A stretch of 62,922 nt of DNA, filler included, from Perkinsus chesapeaki ATCC PRA-425 (Eukaryota > Protista > Perkinsozoa), in assembly GCA_013115145.1 (NCBI GenBank). It is 10 parts of 10 records of this genome, joined end to end, with 100 filler letters (N's around TTAATTAATTAA, not from the genome) between each part and the next. Parts side by side here need not be neighbours in the genome. Positions count along the whole stretch, not along the records: positions 1 to 22,420 come from JAAPAO010000582.1; 9 more parts are not named here. The stretch is one strand, 5' to 3'. Positions 1 to 11,400 of this stretch are shown in pieces. Made by a program: the position numbers and the translations under genes. Position 1 is the stretch's first letter. Every line of letters begins with the position of its first letter. The notes below the pieces were generated by a model. It made no database searches. It worked only from the letters and a program-made list of their open reading frames with translations, and was not told the DNA's origin.

Positions 1-653
1 CAGGTTGGAACTTCGAGTCGTTTCGGACATGACCGGCCTGACCGGAGTTGTGTGCTGAATTTTCGAATATCTTCTAAGCCTCGCAAAGTTGTTGATTCGT
101 AAGGTGCAGCAACACTGAGTGCACCTGTTGCTGTTCTCCATGAGTAGCAGTATAGCCATCGTAGTCAGAATAGAAACCATCTTTTATACACCCTTATTAC
201 GTTAACAAATGCACATCATTGTCAGATTCAGCCAACATCTCATCAACGAATTGTTGACTATATTACTGCTGTGTATCATTCGTAGTACAAATGCGTCTTC
301 GTTACTCCATCCATGAGATGCAGATATAGCAACAATCCTCACTCCCCGTATTCTAGATCGTTCGATGCATAAACATACCCCTCGTGTACTAAACACCATG
401 TACACCGTATGACGTTTAGTCATTAACATATCCTCTACTAGGTCAATGTTTGCGATATACTCCTATATACATGACCCTCCTATTAATATAGCAGGAAACA
501 GTTTTACCCCACATAAGTAGAAAGCGAAAGTTAACGCCAAAAAGTTAGGCAGCTCAGACCTAATAGAAAGTAGGTTGGTTTGCGAGTGGGAAAGAATACT
601 AAAAGATAAGCGTAAGTAAGATGTCGGCGCCGCAGGCGCTGAGGCAGGTTGTT

Positions 654-733
654 AGTATTTTAGGGGCAAAAAAAGTGATTTTGGGGCGAGCGGAGTATTT
701 TTGGGGCGCCGGTAGCATTTTAGGGGCAGCAGG
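654..733. repeat. Four degenerate 20-bp tandem units (consensus AGTATTTTWGGGGC-N6)
   Basis: GGGGC occurs at 663, 683, 703 and 723, each preceded by an AG(T/C)-A-T-run. The region is intergenic. Confidence 0.8.
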
Positions 734-1114
734 AAGCTTTTTCCTTTTGGCCCACGGTGGAGGATTCCAGGCTTCTCATTAGAGTCCCGTTAGTGTAGCG
801 TGTCACCGATCGCGAATGACCTTCTTTTCGGTCAACTTTGATAACCAGGTGACGTGTCAATAGAATTTCAAAAAAAGTACACGAGAATAACGTTGTCTAA
901 AAAACAAATGAAAACTTATTGACGACGAAACAACGTCGAATTCAACAATCACAATTGACGAGCAATCGGTTGTCAAAAACGGACGCCACGTATTCCCATT
1001 AAAAAATTGAGAGTTAGTTTTTGAATTTCAACATCCGCATATTGGACAGTCTCTTGCTAGCGAATCTTGCTCGTACCGCAAAGATACAAAATAGGTCAGA
1101 TATCCTTCCCCCGC

Positions 1115-3139
1115 ATGTCTCCTCGAAAGAGCCGAACGAGTTCCATGGGCTCTATCGGTAACCCCAATCCCGTCACGGAAGAAGAAATAGTAATAAAACG
1201 CCTCATTTTGAGGACAGACCATTCGTCATCAGATAGCGCAGCTCCGGCTCGATTTTGCAAAGGAGATCGCTGAATGTACTGCTAGAAATGACGGCGAGTG
1301 CATTCTAGACGACCACTACATTGGACGCTTTGTTAAAGCAAGGAAATGCAATTATAAGGTATTTGAGGAGATGGCGATGGCGGAGGTGGAGATGGATTAA
1401 TTGCTGCCCTTCAGAATGCAAAGGAAATGTTTGGCAATCATTTGGCATGGCGGAAAGAGTTCCACGTTGATGAGCTCCGGCAGCATGGGTAATATAGGAA
1501 GGCTTCTGGTATCTTAAAATCTACAAAATGCATGGATGGCTCATTGAACCTCCTCTTTTCTAAAAATTGTTTCAATGCTCGTTAGCTTTGAGAGTTCAGG
1601 TTCGACTTCCCTGAATACGAAGATGCTAAAAGGCTTTATCCGCATGCATATCATGGAGTTGATAAACAGAACCGTCCAGTGTAATAAAGCAGAAGCCCAA
1701 TGGTTTATTAATTTTTAACATGTGGATCAGGTATATTGAAAGGACCGGTATGGTCGATGCCGCTGAGCTGCTGAAGATCACCACGTTTGACCGTCTTTTG
1801 CGTTACTGGGTTGAAGAGTGAGGTTGGATGGCATTCGTGAAGGGAAGCGTTTGATTGTTAGATACGAGGAGTTGATAGAATATCGGCTGCCGGCGTGTGG
1901 TGTAGATAAAACATGCACGATTGTCGACCTGAAGGGCCTTGGTTTGAAGCAGTTCACTCCCCAAGTTAAGAACATGATACAGGTATTACAAGGCTTGGGC
2001 ATCATTGGCATCCACCGTATTCCTGCCATCGTGTCACCCTACACTGTGGGCACTGTTCATGGATTAAATGTCTTTCGTTGATAATCCACCTACTGCTAGG
2101 CCAATCACTGCCACTTCCCCCCTTCGAGCCTCGCTTTCGCATTACATTGGAAAATGTTAATCTCGCTTCATTCTCCCGGAGGAGGGGGGTCTATGCTCCT
2201 CTTATCTATACGGGCATGCATCACTTCATAAAGGGGAATGTAGAGAGGTTATTACATATGCCGAATAACAGGTTAAGGAGTGTAGGAATTTTGACAGACG
2301 CACTGCTCCGTTGCTCAAAGATTGCGTGCAGCTTAGAGCATGATTTCAATGAGCTTAGCTTGTAGAAGAATCGACTGGGTTATCTTTTCAGAGGCTCGCG
2401 AGAGTTACTAATGATAACTATCCGGAAGTGCTCGGGTCAATGTAATTCCGCTCAGCCTTGAGTTTTGCTTAGTGCTGTATCAGGTTCGTTGTGAATGCAC
2501 CGTTTATTTTTACAGCTATATGGAAGATTGTGAGCCCAATGGTTGATCCTGTCACAAGGTACTAGGGCAGGAGTGCGTAAGCGCTTTAGGCGTGGAGCGG
2601 GGGCGGGGAAAGTGTAGACTTTGATCTGGCGTTTGTTAGAAGCTGTAATGGTATTGTGTCCAGGCAATTGAAAAGTGTTCAAAATTTATCGTCGTTTGGT
2701 TGATCCCTATTTCGGCGATTTGGGATGGTAAAATGCAGTTTTTCGGCCAGTCATTCGTGGAGAAACTTGACATTAATTTGTCCCTCGCCATGGTAGTCTG
2801 TGCCGCTATGGTGATGAGTGTATCTTAGGTCGAAGATAACTGTACTTGGATCTAGCTATCAGCCGACACTTCATAGTGTTGTGGACCCTAGCCAGTTACC
2901 GGACTTTTTGGGAGGTAGTGAGGAATTGGATCGGGATGTCTAGTGGCAGTATTGTGGTTGTTGAAGTGTGGTAAATGACCAGCAGCTCGTCAGCAGTTTC
3001 TGTCCACTGACTCTGTTTTGGTCGAGGTACTTGTACGGCGTGTGAGAGTGTTAGAGGGGGGTGTATGTACAGTAATATGGGACCATGGGTGCAATATGAG
3101 AAGGAAAAGAAAGAGGAAAAGAAGAGGCGGAAAGAGTAA
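1115..3139 (+). CDS. SEC14: Sec14/CRAL-TRIO lipid-transfer protein, multi-exon
   Basis: Spliced exons read DDHYIGRFVKARKCNYK/NAKEMFGNHLAWRKEF, YPHAYHGVDKQNRPV/YIERTG, TIVDLKGLGLKQF, DNYPEVLG, FVVNAPFIFTAIWKIVSPMVDP and KITVLGSSYQPTLHSVVDPSQLPDFLGG, ending GPWVQYEKEKKEEKKRRKE*. Confidence 0.9.
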
Positions 3140-3215
3140 GCAGTTGCTGGGGGAAATTGGAACCAACGGTGAACTGGAGTCGGACTAAGCCAAAAGGGCG
3201 TCGGACTATAAACTG

Positions 3216-3216
<1 letters not shown>

Positions 3217-3255
<39 letters not shown>
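3217..3255. repeat. (AAC)13 microsatellite
   Basis: Perfect trinucleotide run 3' of SEC14. Confidence 0.95.
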
Positions 3256-3256
<1 letters not shown>

Positions 3257-3404
3257 TTCGTAACCAAGATTGGGGAAGGAAACCGTGTGTAGTTGGACGA
3301 GAGGAATGTACACTAGTAGATATTCTTATAATTGATGGTATTGTATTTGTTGATTCCTACTTCCACGGCATAGTACATGTATAAATTGGGTATACGACAA
3401 GCAT

Positions 3405-4316
3405 ATGCTGCTCAGAGCCGCCACCAAGGATGAGTCGCCTAAATGGGAAGGAAGTCCTCGTGACCAGCCCATCGGCAGGCCATCGACGACGAAGAGCAGT
3501 TCAGGGTCTGTGGACGACTTTGTTAGTTTGGTATCGGATGGGGAGTATCGGGAGTAAGTTGCTTCCCCGTATCTTTGTCTTTGTCATTCCTCGGGCGTGA
3601 TTGCTCATGTCCTCGATTCCCTGACTGTTATCTGCTGCTGCTGCTGCTTTTAACCATTTCCTCCTACTCACCAATTCCGTATCATCCTTCCCTCTACAAA
3701 GTGCTCATCTTATTTTGCATGTTCAGTTTCATATCCTGTTGTTCGTTCACTCCTGCCTCTCGAAAGGAGTCAGGTGACCTGGTTGATGGCAAGATGGTGA
3801 GATGGTGGGCCTTCGAGGGGGGGAATCTCGAAGCAACGCGACGATGCATAGAGATCCTTGGATTGGGATCATCTGTGATTATCAGGTTAATGCCTCGCTG
3901 AAGCCGCCTCCATCTGCCATCACAGAATCTGTTCAATCTTCCTCAATCGCCGTTGAGATCGGCACAACATCTCACTTTGCCGCTCAGCCAGATGAGGATG
4001 ATATTATGAGTAGCGTCCAGGACTCGGTCGTCGGCATCGTGCCCCAAACAATGCCTTCTACGCCAGAGCCTACTCGAACACAGCAGTCCGCGGCGGCCCG
4101 CGGTGGAAAGAAGAAGAAGCGTTCACTGGGTGCAAAATGGTTATCTTGTTTTGCATGCTACAGTACTCCTGCGGCAGCTGAGTGAGTTGGCGAGTTCATC
4201 GAAGTGATGAAATGTTCTTTTTCAGAACGAATTCACCGAAGAATCGGATGCCTATTCCTCCTCCTCCACCTCCTCGGTCAAGTTCAATTCAATCGTCCAG
4301 GCATCAGCATGCCTAA
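3405..4316 (+). CDS. Hypothetical low-complexity Ser/Pro-rich protein, multi-exon
   Basis: Exon MLLRAATKDESPKW..., exon ...GGKKKKRSLGAKWLSCFACYSTPAAAE and terminal exon TNSPKNRMPIPPPPPPR...HQHA*, with GT-AG junctions. The middle exon structure is uncertain. Confidence 0.5.
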
Positions 4317-5091
4317 TAAGGGATGACGTGGTTTTTACGTTGTTTCTGTATCATATAAAAGGAATCCATTCACTGTTAAACAAGACTGGTTTGAATTGCC
4401 ATATGCAGCTGAGTCACTTGTTGTTGAGTTATAGTTTCTCATTCTACTTCCTCGACTACATGCCCGAAGTTCAATCATCTAACCATTGGTTCGAACCTGG
4501 CTCAGCATACGATCATCATTCCTTCCATTTGTTTGCCACACGGTTGTTAGTTCTAATGCTTTACAATGCAGCCTCCTTGCCCAATGCACCTTTTCGATTG
4601 TGATTGTTCCTGCTGCAAAAACTGCTGCTTTAATCGAGCTCATTCATCAGATGTCCCGTCACAAACAACAGAGTACGCATTCTGAGCCTCAATGGAAGTA
4701 GCTTATTGCATTCAGTTCCGATTCTTGCGAGTCTCCATCGTCTCTGGATTTCCGGTCGCTTGACTCCATGAGCAGCACTGAAGGGTAGGCCGCCGCCTTG
4801 AAGTTGACGCAATCTTGTGGCCGCGTAGACTTGTGGTCAGATTCCAGTCGTGCATTTCATCTGAGGATGAATACGAAGAAGTTGACCGTTCTTCGGTTAG
4901 ACCAGAGGTTGATAAAATCAAAAAATACCGAGTAAGAATTACCTGTCATGCGCTCCATCAATCGTAAAAATATTACTCCTTTCAATTGCTCCCACACACG
5001 AGTTTCGAGTCCCCTGAACTTGAGACTTCGGACTCAATTGTGGGCATTGTCTTATCATTAAGAGGGCAGTGATGCCGCCTAGTTACAGCAA

Positions 5092-5120
5092 CTGGATGAG
5101 TAACTCAGTTACTTATCCAG
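5092..5120. promoter_or_regulatory. 29-nt near-perfect inverted repeat (14-bp arms, 1-nt centre)
   Basis: CTGGATGAGTAACT-C-AGTTACTTATCCAG, with one G.T mismatch. Function unknown. Confidence 0.5.
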
Positions 5121-5367
5121 CCTTCCTCTCTCCAATAACTCCTGGCTTAGTCTCCAACCCGATGTGAGGTGTTGTGCCTTATTTTTTGCCTTCGTGATTA
5201 AACGTAGAAATTTTCATTCGCTTCCCCACAGTAGTCGACACTTCTTTCAATCAGGCCCCCTCCGACATCTCTACAGACGAGGGTTCGAGTTCGTCTCGGA
5301 ACTCGAAAAATTCCTCCCATCCGGCGGAGCGATGCAGATTTCTGTATTTCTGTTTACCCAGTATGTG

Positions 5368-6060
5368 CTACAGTGTTGACGAGGTAACCTCCTTTCCAGG
5401 TTTCTGAACCCCGCTGCTTGATTGCTTGTGTGTCAGGCGAGCACTGAGATCAGCGTCGATTAAGGATTCCTTGAGCCCTTCTAGGCGTTTCCGTTTGGAT
5501 CATTGACTACCTTGTGCTGTTATTATTACCCATTTTTCTCCAGTGTTGTTGGCGTCCAGTTCTAGTCAATTCGATAGTACCGAGAACAACTTGTGAGTGA
5601 ACGAATGACTTGTTGGTTGTAGTTGAAGCTTCTACCGAACAGAAAGAAGTGTGAAAGGCGACGACCGCTAAATGTGACTATCAACACGTTGCAATGTTTA
5701 TGAGTAACCCAGAACCCGTCTAGAGTTCGACTCGGGCACAGCAGCCTATAGTGTGGCCCCCATTCCTATTGATGAGTTAGCCAATCGTGCTTAATGAGTA
5801 TGAATATTTGGCGGCCTTCATAAGGGCTCTGACTGATATGATCCGAGCTCCTTAGGGCGCCATATGGCAGTCGAGAGGCAGGTTTACGAAAAGCGGTATG
5901 ATACATTTTGTCTCCTAGTGTGCACCACATCTGCAATTTACTGCATTTTCAAATACTCCCACGTTTGAAGCAACTCAATTCCTTTTGCAATCTTCGCTTC
6001 CTCCTTGGCTTCCAGTGTGTTTGTAATCATGTTGTTGACGTGAAGTGGGCTAGATGCCTG
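5368..6060 (-). CDS. Hypothetical protein (3' exons only; start not located)
   Basis: Exon-like frames ASSPLHVNNMITNTLEAKEEAKIAKGIELLQT, SFNYNQQVIRSLTSCSR and SKRKRLEGLKESLIDADLSARL...SSTL*, bounded by GT/AG. Confidence 0.35.
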
Positions 6061-6202
6061 TACTTCCTCTACCAGATTTGATAGTAGCCGCTAAACCCGT
6101 CACTTTGCAACATAGGGAGGCACCACAGAGGCCCACAATAATCGTGAGCCTCCTACTGCGACCATCTAGGAATCTTTTGCGATCAGCTGCCGCCTATTAG
6201 AG

Positions 6203-8380
6203 TTGCTCGATCGCCTACGGTGCCGATCAGCAGCGCTGAAGTCCCCGCAGAGGTCCTACCACGAATGCACCTCAAGACGCCATCTTCTCTCCCACTGCCA
6301 GAGTTCAGCTACGACCGAAGTCGGCACTTGTGCGAGAAGGCGATCGAAGTCTCAGCCATTAGTCCGACGAAAGCGAAGAACAGTTGCTGTTTGTGAAGCA
6401 CTACCGACAACACCTCCCCGGAGGGCCGAGCTCCCCACCGAAGCACGCGGATGCCTGAGTCAGAAAAAGTGCGCAAGTGAAGTGGATAATAGCGTATCAT
6501 TCGTAGCGAAACCGTTGGTGCCGCGGTTCCCGAGGAAGATTGATGTGAGACAAGGAGGCCGTTAAAGTTCATCTGGGGTCCCTTAGAACTCACCAGTTGA
6601 ACACATAGGGGAAGCTCCGATACGGTCGCGGAGGACCTGCTCATTGCCACCCCTACCAGTGGCTGGGCGAGCATCAGTTGCATCATGGGAGAAGCGTCGA
6701 CGAGAAGCCGATGAAGAGGTTTGGCGAAACAACTTACCACGTTACACACGATGCCGCCATTCAGGCGGTTATGAGACAAGCGGCTGAACTCTCCCATCGG
6801 TACTTCACTTTCGCCTTTGCGAGGAAAAGTGATGGCGAAAAGGTGGCGCTAGAAAATAGGTAAGCACGAGCTGATGGCAAGAAGAATCGACCCGAGGTCA
6901 GACACAGAGTCGTTCTTAAGTTACACGAGCTCAATACGAAGGTTGCAGCACCTATAACGAAGCACTTCAACCTTCGGTGGGTCTACGTTCCCTGTATGTG
7001 TGAATGAACCTTAGTGGTTGGTCGATACGCCACACCTCTCGATGTCAACCTGTCATATTAGAATCAGGCCTGAGCCCCCAAGTCGGTAGGGCGACGAATA
7101 TTCCGCTTTAGGGCTCAGCGTAGTTCATCCTTCATCATATGCCCCTGTCATATGAGATATCATTTTTGCATTACCAGCTTCAAAAAACCTAGCACTTACA
7201 AATGGTAGCAGTTGTTGCGCTCTCGTCGAGTATTCTCTCCCGTATGTTCACTACTGTACACTATATGCTTGATCTTTACGGTTATCTGCTCCTCACGGAG
7301 AGGTTCTTTGTGTCGTGAGTTGTCCTCAACTTTGCCTGCCTCGCATCACATTGTCAACAATATAATTAAGAAAGGGTATATTTAGTTACTCTCATCTGTC
7401 GGAGCAGCCACCAGATGCCAAGAAAGCGGGAGTAACGATCCGTGAAGTTTCGAAAAAACAGAAAAAAGAGGAAATACCGTCTGAGACGGACCGCGTAAGC
7501 TCTCAGACAAGAATTGAAAGAACAAGTGTCGCAGGGCCGGGGGAGGCGCAAGAGAGTGGAACCTGTGGAGATTGAAGTCGTGGAGGAGCCAGTGAAGTGA
7601 GCCGACGAGATTCGCATAGAAAATTGCTTTTAAGAATACTGTATAGTATGTAGGTATATCAATCACATACGAGTGAGAATACGGTCGATGGAGCAGCCGG
7701 AGCTGGGGGATCCTCTACTGGCCGACACTACACTTATGGCTGTGCTGTTCCATGAACTAGCACATTTAAGACATATGAACCATGGAGTTGGGTGAGCGTG
7801 CAGTTGGTGCGAGTTCGGCGGTGTCTCTCAAGAAGGGTCCTATCCGAGTTCCTCATCTCCGTTAGTTGCCTAAAGCATGTATCCTTCAAGTGTATCGGTT
7901 ACTGAGCATTCTACTGTTCTACACCTCATCATCGTATCTCCGTAACGCATACGGTTACATGCTTCAGATTCATGCGATTTCTAAAAGATATTTACATGTA
8001 CGCCACAGACGAACTGAAAGTCTTTGCTGTTGGGGAGCCCAACGAACTACCCAGTCCTTGGGCTTGGGAAGTAAGCCGGTCTTATCTAAACCCAATGTTG
8101 AAATGCATCCCTGAGCGCTACGATGGCGAAGGAATAATAAGTCGGAGAGTTTCGTGAAATTCGGTATTAATGCGTGTCTGGCGATGCAGTGGAAAATTCA
8201 GAAGCTCGGGGGGGGACTCCAACACGTTGTCAGGAATTATTTATGCCTTCTGATTGATTATCTTTTCCTCAGCGAATGATATACGACACCGGCGGCCACG
8301 TGAGAGAGGAAGAACTGATGCGCGAGTTTTGCAGTAAAGATCCTAGAATGACCCTTGCATGTGTTGATACTTCACCTTAA
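6203..8380 (+). CDS. WLM-domain (Wss1-like) zinc metalloprotease, multi-exon
   Basis: Exons HRVVLKLHELNTKVAAPITKHFNLR/YSHLSEQPPDAKKAG and YINHIRVRIRS...TLMAVLFHELAHLRHMNHG (HExxH plus WLM-type HMNH). Start is approximate. Confidence 0.8.
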
Positions 8381-8435
8381 TGGTGATATATCATACTTGA
8401 CACGTTAGGGACTATTTCTGAGGGGTAGAAGTGTC

Positions 8436-11400
8436 ATGAGTGTTGCAAGAATGGAGGGAATGTCTTTGTACACATTTCAGTCCATGGCAAAGCGATGCGT
8501 TGCCTCGGTCAGGGGTGGTAGAGAGGCCAAGTACTTTACTATTAGTTCAACAAACTCAGGCGTCTATAGTGATTTACGATAACAAGATTACTATTATCAA
8601 GCAAAGACTAGCAGATGCTCGATCAGTAGTACTGCTTCATGCTTTATTACTTACTCAGGAGACAGCGATTGTGTGCAGTTTGCTTCACACAACAGGTTAC
8701 AGTTTGATTTATTATGATACCACTCTCACCCTTAATATATCTGTCTTACATCGGGAGCTCTCTAGTCTCTCTAATTTCTGCTGCAATAGCACCTAGCGCC
8801 CCCGAGCCTCCACGGCTGGTGGTCTCATCACCTGGTGAGTTGCTCTTCAACATGAGCCAATCAATAGCAGGAATCTTAACGGACTTGCTATGTCTGTTTT
8901 ATACGGATGCAGCAAGAGCGCTATCTCTGTATTAGAGTTTGTGCAGCTCGAGAATAGTGATCGCCCAACAAGTTGAGCACATACCCCTCCGTGTGTCAGG
9001 AAAGATAACACTGATGGCACCCTCGTTGCCCGAGAGAGCAGTGCAAATTGAGATACTTTCCAATGACTGTGATGGAGGCGAAATATTTCATCAAGTGTAG
9101 GCATATGATACTGATCAAATAGCTACTATCTCAATTCATGTAACCTATGTAACCATATAACGTATATAATCAAATCGCAGCTCGATATAGTAACCTGCTT
9201 ACTTGACACATTTGAGGTATCTATCAAAACGCAAGAAAGGTGGTACTCCGATGAGAGTGCTTCCTGACCTAGTTCTCGCAGTATATCCCCTTTGGTCGCT
9301 GGTATGCATAGACATGATCATGCAAAAGCATCATACACTCCAACATCTCCGTGCTGCTTCTAACCGCACGACTGCAATTCGATTCTCCATTCTCAGTGGT
9401 GGCGGTCGGTCCGACCTTAGTTTACTGAGAATCGTCGCAGGGTCTCTCCCCACTTCTAAAGAGTTTATTGTTGGCTTTCTACTATGAGAAATAAACTTGG
9501 TATATTACCAGGCATAACACAGTCCCTCAGCAAGTTCAGAAATGCCATTCAAATGAAAAGCTGTCCTCAGTTACATTGGCGCGTCCAATATAGAGTACAC
9601 CATAGGAGGCCTCCCGACGAATGCAATATGCAGGATGAAAGCGAGGGGTGTTGGATTAGACGAGGATAATATTACACCTTTGTAAATACATCTACACTTC
9701 ACGTGACACCTTGCGATGTGCAGATATAGCACTAGCAGCTTTGAAGTAACCTTTGTGGCATCCTCAGTCCCCCAATGGGGCACTATAGAGGCCGGGCAAA
9801 CTCGTATGGGGACAGATGCTGTGTTACTAAGCTGGGAAGAGCCAGACAATGGCGGCAGTCTGATTCATACTTATAAACTGTAGCCAGCCTGCTGTCAGTA
9901 AGATCTCGACTCAGACTGAATAAGATACGTGGATCCCGGTGGGACTGGCAACTTTGAGCTCGTCTACGATGGCACAGGATATCCAACCGTACGGGAATAC
10001 TTGATAACCGACTTGGAGTACGCAACTCCGTCCTATATTATCGATTTGATAACGATCAGGCCGGACCTGACATATGTCTTCCGCATTTACGCCGCTAACA
10101 GTGTTGGACTGTCGAAACACCTTCAAGCCACGTACACATCGCAACCAGAAGCCGCCATTGATCCGAGCTATATCACCGGAGGGCCACACTCTTTTCCGTT
10201 GCAGCTCACTGCCGGAGTACCGCATACTGAGCTACGGTTACAAGTAGCTAAGGAATATTAGCATCTTCTTGAGAGTGCTCAGGCGGTCCATCCGGTGACG
10301 GGATTGCCAGAGTACCTGGGAGGAGACTGTCTCCTCGCTCAGGATTTCAACTGCCTTCCTGGTGAGAAACGAACTTGAGTGGATAGCGTCTTCAACCGTG
10401 GCACGATAATCAGAATTATACCCATCTTGTATCTAAGCGCAGTTAGTGTAGTGTACCTCCGTTTTAGGACGTATGTTCGTAACCTATTTGGAGCCTGTCT
10501 GTGAGTTGGACACCGCAAAGTCATTTTGTGTGCCCGTCACCGAAGCTCATCCGAGGTGGTGTCGACATGTCCTTGATACACTAGGCTCTACTTTTCAGTT
10601 GGATGTATTCTACCGTACCTATCGAAGAGGAGGCTCCTCTCTGGAAACGACCAATAAGGGCGATCGACTTGTCAAATGGCGAATACGATCTCTTTGTTAC
10701 CGGTCAGTTGACCAATATAGCTTTACTCAATGTGTCAAATTAAAGGTTACAGTGCCGGAAACTACTCGCTTGTCATTCGAGCAATCTGGCAATATGGTCT
10801 TCTGGGACAGTACTGGGACAACTCCGTCTACCTCGGTACACCGGTAGAGTCCAGAGTTGATTCCATCCTAGACTTCAATTGGGAGGAGCGTCCCGTAGCC
10901 AGGTGGTCAACGGACTTTGTTTCGGCAAGGTAGTGTGCCGCAATGACGCACCGGATGTCAGTGTCAAATCAGATGGACAGGCTTCGTTGAGCCGCCTTAC
11001 AACGATACTTATACTTTTTATTGCGAAGTGGCCGACTCCAACGACAATTGCCGGATATGGTTGGACGGTGTTCTCATCGTTGAGCGTTGGTTCGAAGATG
11101 GTGACAAATTATCTGATCTATCCACTGAGGTGGGCGTGAGGCACTGCAGCACAGACTTGCCTTTCAACCTCAGACACCATTGTCATCCGGAAGAGTTGAT
11201 CTGTTTAGAAAAGACGGCAAAAGGAATAATATCCCACTGGTTGCTGGGCAGTTGTATTCGATACGAGTAGACTATCGTGAAAGGACCGATAAAGCTTCAA
11301 TAAGGCTGTTTTGGAGCAGCGCTTATTGGCAAACGAAGAGTGTTATATACAGCAGGTTAGTGAATTCGATAAATCACTTCCTCCGTTTTCTATAGCACTT

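Noticed and set aside
1-480. Minus-strand exon-like frames (GYVYASNDLEYG; DGFYSDYDGYTATHGEQQQ)
   Set aside because: Probably part of a gene leaving the window, but no consistent model or family could be established.
2811-2990. TGATGA and CTGA motifs in SEC14 introns as a C/D snoRNA
   Set aside because: The boxes are not in one intron with a terminal stem, and no rRNA guide could be identified by eye.
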